Origin: a virus
Taxonomy: Duplodnaviria > Caudoviricetes
DNA length: 64,000 nt
Direction: 5' to 3' (one strand)
Virus record (IMG/VR): IMGVR_UViG_3300030098_006079
A program made the translations under genes and the position numbers. Below the pieces are notes generated by a model. The model was not told where the DNA came from. It worked only from the letters and a program-made list of their open reading frames with translations, and searched no databases. Positions 57,989-64,000 of the stretch are shown one piece after another (the stretch's first letter is position 1; each line of letters starts with the position of its first letter).

Positions 57989-59170
57989 ATGGTAACAAAA
58001 ATAGGAACCCCGTTTACGAAGACTTCTACTTTAGTAATGCTATGTGGAAGTGGAGAGTTAGGTAAAGAAGTTGTAATTGAATTGCAGCGTTTAGGTGCTG
58101 AAGTAGTTGCAGTAGACTCATATGAGAACGCTCCAGCGCATCAAGTAGCAGATCATTCGGCTGTTATTGATATGCTCGACGAAAAACAATTGAGGGATGT
58201 CATCGTTAAATACAATCCTAATATTATTGTTCCAGAGATTGAAGCTATTGCTACAAATGTCCTGAAAGAAGCAGAAGAATGTGATCGTACAGTCATACCA
58301 AATGCTAGAGCAGTTCAACTTACTATGAACCGAGAAGGTATTCGGTCTCTTGTAGCTGAAGAGCTAGGTTTAAAGACTTCTAATTATAAATTCGCTTCTA
58401 CTAAAGAAGAGTTCACCGCAGCTGTTGAAGAAATCTCTTTACCTTGTGTAGTTAAGCCTATTATGTCTTCTAGCGGTAAAGGACAGAGTGTAATTAGATC
58501 GTTTGACGATGTACATACTGCCTGGGAATACGCTCAAACTGGAGGTCGAGCTGGAGCTGGTCGAGTTATTGTAGAAGAGTTTATTGAATTTGATTATGAA
58601 ATTACTTTACTCACAGTAAAGCATAACGACGGTATCTCTTTTTGTGAACCTATCGGGCATGAGCAAGTAGATGGAGATTATATTAAATCCTGGCAACCTC
58701 ATCCAATGTCTGGTACCGCGAGACAAAAAGCTGAAGATATTGCTAGAAGCGTAGTAAGCAATCTTGGTGGGTATGGTGTGTTTGGAGTAGAGTTATTTGT
58801 AAAGGGTGATGAAGTTTATTTTTCTGAAGTATCTCCACGCCCACATGATACTGGTTTAGTGACTATGATCTCTCAAGATCTATCAGAATTTGCTCTACAT
58901 GCAAGAGCTATATTAGGTTTACCAATCCCTAATATTCTACAGCTAGGTTTTGGAGCATCTCATGTTATTAAGCTAGAAGGTAAGAGTGATAATGTAACAT
59001 TCTCTGGCTTCGACGGTTTAAAAGAAACAGGTACTCAAGTGAGACTGTTTGGAAAACCTGGAGTAAATGGTTCGCGTCGTATGGGTGTTGCTTTAGCAAT
59101 TGATAATGGTTTAGGATATGCAAAAGAAAAAGCCGAACGAGTCGCACTCAGCGTTAAGTCCGAATTGTAA
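57989..59170 (+). CDS. purT: Formate-dependent GAR transformylase (ATP-grasp)
   Basis: [51 protein letters not shown]; start re-called at MVTKIG. Confidence 0.95.
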   Translation: MVTKIGTPFTKTSTLVMLCGSGELGKEVVIELQRLGAEVVAVDSYENAPAHQVADHSAVIDMLDEKQLRDVIVKYNPNIIVPEIEAIATNVLKEAEECDRTVIPNARAVQLTMNREGIRSLVAEELGLKTSNYKFASTKEEFTAAVEEISLPCVVKPIMSSSGKGQSVIRSFDDVHTAWEYAQTGGRAGAGRVIVEEFIEFDYEITLLTVKHNDGISFCEPIGHEQVDGDYIKSWQPHPMSGTARQKAEDIARSVVSNLGGYGVFGVELFVKGDEVYFSEVSPRPHDTGLVTMISQDLSEFALHARAILGLPIPNILQLGFGASHVIKLEGKSDNVTFSGFDGLKETGTQVRLFGKPGVNGSRRMGVALAIDNGLGYAKEKAERVALSVKSEL

Positions 59171-59353
59171 GATTATAGCAATTACTTGGAAAGACGAGAG
59201 ATGGTCTGCATCCCTAAAAGAGCTACAAGAAATAAACAAGCTGCTAAGAAAAAACGGCGAGCTAAAACGACCATCTCTCTTTCGTCGAATTATCAATATG
59301 ATATCCTCCCTGAAGAAGTAGATGGTCAAGATTATTTCGTATGGTTTTGGTAG

Positions 59354-59381
59354 TTGCTATATTCTCTAGAATCCTTATTAT
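59354..59381 (+). promoter_or_regulatory. Sigma70-like promoter
   Basis: TTGCTA-N16-TATTAT before 59389. Confidence 0.55.
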
Positions 59382-59388
59382 TTAAACA

Positions 59389-59832
59389 ATGACTTGGTAC
59401 GCAAATTCAGAAGGCCGACACGGAGCAAATGGTCGTAAAGGAGATCAAGGTGAAAAACTAGTAGAAGAATATTTTCTGCATAATAGTATAACTTATGAAC
59501 ATAAAACTGATATTGAAAGTCAAGTCCATAAAAAGATTGACTTTAGTGTTGGAGATAGAACCATTGATGTAAAGAACAATGTTTATAAAGGTTGGCATTG
59601 TGTCGAAGTAGGTAAGAAAAATGGATCTCCAGGTTGGTTATTTACATCGAGTGCTGATAGTATTTACGCAGTAGATTATGAGAACAAAAACATCTACTCA
59701 TATGATCTACTTGAGATGCGTAATCATATTAACGTAATTCGATGGGAGAAGAAGTCAGCTAAAATTACGAAGAATGGAGATCAAGTTATTTGGGTTAGCG
59801 TAAATGAACCTTTCTTTACTAAGCTACAATAG
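59389..59832 (+). CDS. PD-(D/E)xK nuclease-fold protein
   Basis: GDQGEKLV...KIDFSVGDRTIDVK. Confidence 0.6.
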   Translation: MTWYANSEGRHGANGRKGDQGEKLVEEYFLHNSITYEHKTDIESQVHKKIDFSVGDRTIDVKNNVYKGWHCVEVGKKNGSPGWLFTSSADSIYAVDYENKNIYSYDLLEMRNHINVIRWEKKSAKITKNGDQVIWVSVNEPFFTKLQ

Positions 59833-59833
59833 A

Positions 59834-59920
59834 GCCAGTGTGGTGAAATTGGCAAACACAACAGACTTAAAATCTGTCGCCCTTTTGGGCTTGTCGGTTC
59901 GAGTCCGACCACTGGTACCA
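59834..59920 (+). tRNA. tRNA-Leu(TAA), CCA encoded
   Basis: GCCAGTG/CACTGGT acceptor, ACAGA-CTTAAAA-TCTGT anticodon arm, long variable arm, GTTCGAG T-loop. Confidence 0.95.
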
Positions 59921-59924
59921 TTTT

Positions 59925-60014
59925 ATGACAAAGAAACAATTAGTAGGAGTTTGGATATTAATACTATTAATAGTGATACTTAATTGCGTACTAGCAGCAA
60001 AGTATTTAGTATAA
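59925..60014 (+). CDS. 29-aa single-TM peptide
   Basis: MTKKQLVGVWILILLIVILNCVLAAKYLV. Confidence 0.4.
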   Translation: MTKKQLVGVWILILLIVILNCVLAAKYLV

Positions 60015-60023
60015 CAAATAATT

Positions 60024-60968
60024 ATGGAACTAGTAACAATATGGATGGCGATAGGCTTCTTTCTAGCAGCTTATTCGGTAATAGCAAACGATTCAGTACA
60101 AACACTCGGAACTTGGATAGCATCTAATAACGAGAAGTTTAAATGGACTACAATGTGGGCTGGAGCCTCTATTGTCCTTCTATTCACTCTGTGGTATGGT
60201 TGGGCAGTTAATGGAGGAGATATCTCATATGGTAGGTTAACTAAGATACCTTTTGTAGATATACAATGGTATCATGCATTAGCACCAGCAATACTAGTAT
60301 TACTTACTCGTATAGGTGTGCCTGTTAGTACTTCATTTTTAGTATTATCGGCATTCGCTTCTACGGTTGTATTAGAGAAGATGCTTTTAAAATCTATTGC
60401 TGGTTATGCAGTAGCTGCAGTAGCTGCTTATTCTATTTGGCTTGTGTTGTCTAAGCTTCTTGATGAGAGTAAAGATGTTAACATTAAACATGAAACATTT
60501 TGGAGAGTAGCTCAATGGGCTACAACTGGCTTTTTATGGTTTACTTGGCTGTCTCATGATATGGCTAACATTGCAGTATTTCTACCTAGAGAAGTACCCG
60601 CTGATCTAATGATCCTTATTTCCATTATCTTTGTAGCAGGGTTAGCATTTATGTTCAAAGAGAAGGGTGGTAAGATTCAAGAGATTGTTCTTAACAAAAG
60701 CAGTACGAAGTTTATTAGGTCAGCTTGTATTATTGATACAGTTTATTGGATCATATTATTCATCTTTAAAGAAATTAATAATATACCGATGAGTACTACA
60801 TGGGTGTTTGTTGGTTTGTTGACTGGAAGAGAGTTAGCGATTGCAGCTGCATCTAAAAAGAGAAAAGCAAAACAAGTCTTTCCTCTTGTAGCAAAAGACT
60901 TCGGTAGAATGATGATTGGTTTATGCGCATCCGTAGTTGTAGTTATTGTTGTGCATCATTTGAAATAA
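60024..60968 (+). CDS. PiT/PHO4-related phosphate (or sulfate) permease
   Basis: Multi-TM with duplicated signatures IANDSVQ..PVSTS and SHDMAN..PMSTT. Confidence 0.7.
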   Translation: MELVTIWMAIGFFLAAYSVIANDSVQTLGTWIASNNEKFKWTTMWAGASIVLLFTLWYGWAVNGGDISYGRLTKIPFVDIQWYHALAPAILVLLTRIGVPVSTSFLVLSAFASTVVLEKMLLKSIAGYAVAAVAAYSIWLVLSKLLDESKDVNIKHETFWRVAQWATTGFLWFTWLSHDMANIAVFLPREVPADLMILISIIFVAGLAFMFKEKGGKIQEIVLNKSSTKFIRSACIIDTVYWIILFIFKEINNIPMSTTWVFVGLLTGRELAIAAASKKRKAKQVFPLVAKDFGRMMIGLCASVVVVIVVHHLK

Positions 60969-60993
60969 AAGACAACGTACATAATTAATTAAA

Positions 60994-61365
60994 ATGAAAG
61001 TAAGACATAAGAGATATGGAGCTGTAACAAATAAAAATTGGGGTAATGTTATTAAGATTGTTGATAATGAAGAAAATAATTACAGCGGTAGAATTATAAA
61101 TTTGAATCAAAATCAAATGACCTCTACTCATTTTCATTCTAAGAAACATAAAACAATATATGTCTTGCAAGGTACTCTTACAATTGAAATTATTGAACCT
61201 ACAAACGGAGAAACTATTTCATTTGATGTAGACTCGGAAGAGTGTTTTGATATTGAACAAAATGTTGCGCATCGTTTAATGGCTAAAGATGGTGGAGTTA
61301 CCGCCATTGAAATTAGTACTTTTCATCATGATGAAGATGTATACAGAGTATCTCCTGCACTGTAA
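60994..61365 (+). CDS. Cupin-fold protein
   Basis: TSTHFHSKKHKTIYVLQG and IEQNVAHRL. Confidence 0.8.
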   Translation: MKVRHKRYGAVTNKNWGNVIKIVDNEENNYSGRIINLNQNQMTSTHFHSKKHKTIYVLQGTLTIEIIEPTNGETISFDVDSEECFDIEQNVAHRLMAKDGGVTAIEISTFHHDEDVYRVSPAL

Positions 61366-61370
61366 TACAG

Positions 61371-61446
61371 GCCAGTTTAGCTCAGTTGGTAGAGCACTCG
61401 ATTTGTAATCGAACGGTCGTCAGTTCGAATCTGACAACTGGCTCCA
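61371..61446 (+). tRNA. tRNA-Thr(TGT), CCA encoded
   Basis: GCCAGTT/AACTGGC acceptor, GCTC/GAGC D-stem, TTTGTAA anticodon loop, GTCAG-TTCGAAT-CTGAC T-arm. Confidence 0.93.
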
Positions 61447-61465
61447 TTAAATAATTAAAATTAAT

Positions 61466-61780
61466 ATGGAAGTATTGTTACCGTATTCTTTTGGTGTTGT
61501 GTTTGGTTGCTTCTTTATGTGGTCCTGGTTTAAGTGTCGAAAAAAACCAGCCATACCAAACCTCACCCATGTTGGTCACACATCGAAATTAAAACAGTTA
61601 TGGCTAATATGGTGCCGAACTGTTGATCATCGGATAGGTAAAACAGATGATGATGAGCCTCAAATACCTATCTTATCCCTAGAACAAGCTAACGTTAGTT
61701 TAATATTCCGCACGACTATTATCCTAATTAATGTTATAACTTGTATTTTTATTGTAGCTAATATAATACACAAATGGTAA
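61466..61780 (+). CDS. Small membrane protein
   Basis: Terminal hydrophobic segments; W..W...IG...RTTII..N...IVANIIHKW; TAAATA at 61448. Confidence 0.6.
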   Translation: MEVLLPYSFGVVFGCFFMWSWFKCRKKPAIPNLTHVGHTSKLKQLWLIWCRTVDHRIGKTDDDEPQIPILSLEQANVSLIFRTTIILINVITCIFIVANIIHKW

Positions 61781-61786
61781 AAATTT

Positions 61787-61924
61787 ATGGCAAAGAAAAC
61801 TAATCCTACTAAACTAAGATTAAATGAAAAGAAAAGAATGAATGGTCGCCATTCTAAAAATAAAACTAGCAACCAAAAGAGCTCTAAACTTTATGTAAAG
61901 AAATATAGAGGGCAAGGGCGTTAA
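61787..61924 (+). CDS. 45-aa basic protein (absent from ORF track)
   Basis: MAKKTNP...KLYVKKYRGQGR. Confidence 0.6.
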   Translation: MAKKTNPTKLRLNEKKRMNGRHSKNKTSNQKSSKLYVKKYRGQGR

Positions 61925-61926
61925 TA

Positions 61927-62127
61927 ATGATAACCCGTCATAATCAAAAGCATATGAAAGTAAAACCAGTAGAAGAACTAAGACAATATGTAATCGAAAA
62001 GATGAGATCCGCAGACGATACATCTCTCGTTTGTAAAGCATATGAATCCTTATCCGGAAACATTGTAACAGATGAAGCTGAAGTCGAAGGAACTGGAGAG
62101 GATTGGGTTTATGTTTACGAGTCATAG
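61927..62127 (+). CDS. Hypothetical protein
   Basis: 66-aa ORF. Confidence 0.5.
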   Translation: MITRHNQKHMKVKPVEELRQYVIEKMRSADDTSLVCKAYESLSGNIVTDEAEVEGTGEDWVYVYES

Positions 62128-62139
62128 TCGAGTTTAGAC

Positions 62140-62167
62140 TTGACTAGCTCTCTGGCTACGCTATAAT
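62140..62167 (+). promoter_or_regulatory. Sigma70-like promoter
   Basis: TTGACT-N16-TATAAT. Confidence 0.7.
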
Positions 62168-62183
62168 CTTGGTGTTGTCAGAG

Positions 62184-63107
62184 ATGAAACTAAACATAAA
62201 CAAAACTAAGTTCGAAAAGATATCGAATATCGATGTCCCTGATATCTTTTACAATCGTCTAAAGTCTGGAATCGACGTAGTAGATAATGCTTTTGGTGAT
62301 GGGTTTCTCCCTTCTAGCACTGTTGTTATGAGCGGGGAACCTGGCACCGGTAAGACTACATTCCTGTTACAAGTACTCGAGGAGCTCGCCATTCGGAAAT
62401 ACAATGTAGGTTATGTTTCTGGAGAAGAATGCATAGAGCTGCTTAAGGTCAATTGTGACCGGATTGGTGTCAAGAATGTTCTGGCTTGTAATGAGACTAA
62501 CCTCAACTCCATCCTCAAACATATCCCGAGCTTCGATGCATTAGTCATAGATAGCTTCCAGTCACTGAATACAAACAAGCGCGGCTTGGCTCATGAGAAA
62601 GAATGTGTCGAGAAGATTTGCGCTGCAGCTAAGAAGCATCAGACTACTGTATTCATTATCTCTCATATTACTAAGACTGGTAAGATGAAGGGTAGTACGT
62701 TGTTGCCTCACTCTGTGGATGTGGTGTGTCATTTGACTCGTCATGATGACTTCGACGAGATGGAAGATAAGTCAGTGGTGCTAAATATTACTAAGAATAG
62801 ATTCGGCCCTACATTAGTTCGAGAGCTAAACTTCACTGCGCGCGGTTATGATTGGACTACAGTCAAGGAAGTAAAAGCAGAGAATACAGCAGCACCGAAG
62901 AGTCAGCGTATCAAGTCTGAGACAACTACGATCAAGCAACTTGCAGAAAAGATTAAGGATGGTAAGTTTAGCATTGACGAAGTGACCAAGAAGATCAAAA
63001 ACAAACCTCGCGCATATTATGTGTTGAAAAAACTTCGGGATGATGGTATAATTGTTGAAGCTAATAAAGCTGGTAAGAGTAAGACTCACTACACATTCAA
63101 GAAGTAA
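62184..63107 (+). CDS. RadA/Sms-like RecA-fold ATPase with C-terminal winged-helix-like domain
   Basis: GEPGTGKTT, YVSGEE, LVIDSFQ, KNRFGP; no N-terminal C4 Zn finger or Lon-like domain. Confidence 0.8.
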   Translation: MKLNINKTKFEKISNIDVPDIFYNRLKSGIDVVDNAFGDGFLPSSTVVMSGEPGTGKTTFLLQVLEELAIRKYNVGYVSGEECIELLKVNCDRIGVKNVLACNETNLNSILKHIPSFDALVIDSFQSLNTNKRGLAHEKECVEKICAAAKKHQTTVFIISHITKTGKMKGSTLLPHSVDVVCHLTRHDDFDEMEDKSVVLNITKNRFGPTLVRELNFTARGYDWTTVKEVKAENTAAPKSQRIKSETTTIKQLAEKIKDGKFSIDEVTKKIKNKPRAYYVLKKLRDDGIIVEANKAGKSKTHYTFKK

Positions 63108-63550
63108 TGCAAACGTTTCTACCATATAACAATTTCTATCAGAGTGCAAAAGTACTAGACCAGAAGCGTCTAGGGAAGCAGAGAGTAGAAGTACTTCAAT
63201 TGCTTAACTCTATCAAAGCATCGAAAGAAGATAGACCGTATAGAGGTTGGAAGAATCATCCATGTCGCAATATGTGGTACCTCAAAGGTAAACATGACTA
63301 CGCTAACGCATTAGTCTACTACGGCCAAGCAGTATGTAAAGCTTGGAAAGAGCGCGGGTATAAAGATACTTGCTATGAGAAAATATCTGCTCTTTATGAT
63401 CATTCGAAAAAGTTAGTATTTCCTCCGTGGTTAGGTGTTCATAAACTTCATGAGTCCCATCGTAGTATGTTGACTCAGAAAGATAGTAGCTGGTACAGAA
63501 AGTTATGGCCTTCTACTCCAGATAATCTAGAATATTACTGGCCCGTATGA
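63107..63550 (+). CDS. Pyrimidine-dimer DNA glycosylase (DenV/endonuclease V-like)
   Basis: MQTFLPY...LDQKRLGKQRVE...GWKNHP...HESHRSML. Confidence 0.82.
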   Translation: MQTFLPYNNFYQSAKVLDQKRLGKQRVEVLQLLNSIKASKEDRPYRGWKNHPCRNMWYLKGKHDYANALVYYGQAVCKAWKERGYKDTCYEKISALYDHSKKLVFPPWLGVHKLHESHRSMLTQKDSSWYRKLWPSTPDNLEYYWPV

Positions 63551-63558
63551 TAAAGAAT

Positions 63559-63715
63559 TTAAAAGTCGGTGAGTGTAACGCCTCCATAGCCTCCTCTCGA
63601 ATCTAGATACAGAGATGCGATGTTATACCGCAATGGACAAGGATGGTAAGACATCTTACACTTGATAACCAACTAGAGGGTTATCGTATCGCAGGTGGCG
63701 CTGCGACGACTTTAA
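63559..63715 (+). ncRNA. Candidate structured non-coding RNA
   Basis: GC-richer intergenic stretch without a credible ORF; nested helices and loop-loop complementarity (see findings). Strand inferred from context. Confidence 0.5.
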
Positions 63716-63745
63716 TTTATGTTAATAATAAACGTTACAGGAATA

Positions 63746-64000
63746 ATGAAAGTATTAATACGTGTTGCAATAATAGGTAGTTTAGCTTATTTTGCTGGGT
63801 ATGCGGTAGGTGCACCAATGACACCTTCTCCAACTATACAAAAATACAATGGCTTATTCATGCCAATATCAGAAAAAAAACCTCATTTATTTTATTTTTT
63901 AATGAGAGGAGAGGTCGTCGTTGGAGATGACAAAAAAATTCAACTAGATGATGATGCATTTATTCAAGCAGTTAAAGAAACAGAAGGTCATAAAATATAT
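63746..64000 (+). CDS. Exported/membrane protein, truncated by window end
   Basis: MKVLIRVAIIGSLAYFAGYAVGA signal-like N-terminus; frame open to the end. Confidence 0.55.
   Translation, partial: MKVLIRVAIIGSLAYFAGYAVGAPMTPSPTIQKYNGLFMPISEKKPHLFYFLMRGEVVVGDDKKIQLDDDAFIQAVKETEGHKIY

Noticed and set aside
59118-59352. Small ORFs between purT and 59389
   Set aside because: Two overlapping + frames and one - frame compete, none with a convincing start or motif; left uncalled.
20846-62183. Longest-ORF starts at 20846, 22889, 23199, 54378, 57941 and 62169
   Set aside because: They overlap upstream genes or promoters; downstream ATGs fit motifs and spacing better.
3903-62744. Antisense and alternate-frame ORFs in the track (e.g. 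3903-4352, 11501-11803, 22518-22874, 35151-35525, 43454-43825, 53332-53613)
   Set aside because: They lie wholly within longer motif-bearing genes and show shadow-frame composition.
63559-63715. preQ1 or ZTP riboswitch identity for the structured region
   Set aside because: Lacks the preQ1-I short stem plus A-rich tail and the ZTP conserved core; kept only as an unknown RNA.

Overview
A 64-kb, AT-rich segment of a large T4-like (Tevenvirinae/Kyanoviridae-type) tailed phage, read in standard code 11; host unknown, probably aquatic. In order: end of major capsid gene 23 and its terminator; a convergent five-gene 7-deazaguanine DNA-modification operon (DpdA/TGT-like, PurN-like formyltransferase, DUF1599/Nmad1-like, P-loop kinase, QueF) predicting formyl-preQ1 in the DNA; gp5-like baseplate hub, Hsp20, a PRTase and a gp38-like adhesin; a ClpC with a degenerate first ATPase ring; class Ia NrdAB; lysis-type genes; a block of late genes whose N-termini resemble T4 capsid-targeting leaders. 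A 24-kb tail-fibre locus follows, including a 4398-aa protein of about 200 17-aa repeats. Three of its fibres are unusually cysteine-rich, and the locus is flanked by glycosyltransferase-like genes, a sulfotransferase and a GNAT-like gene. The accessory end has purT, a PiT-like permease, an orphan antitoxin-like domain, two tRNAs, a RadA-like ATPase, a DenV-like glycosylase and a candidate structured ncRNA. The best candidate for an undescribed system is the Cys-rich fibres plus their flanking modification enzymes. All family calls come from motifs recognised by eye, not database searches.
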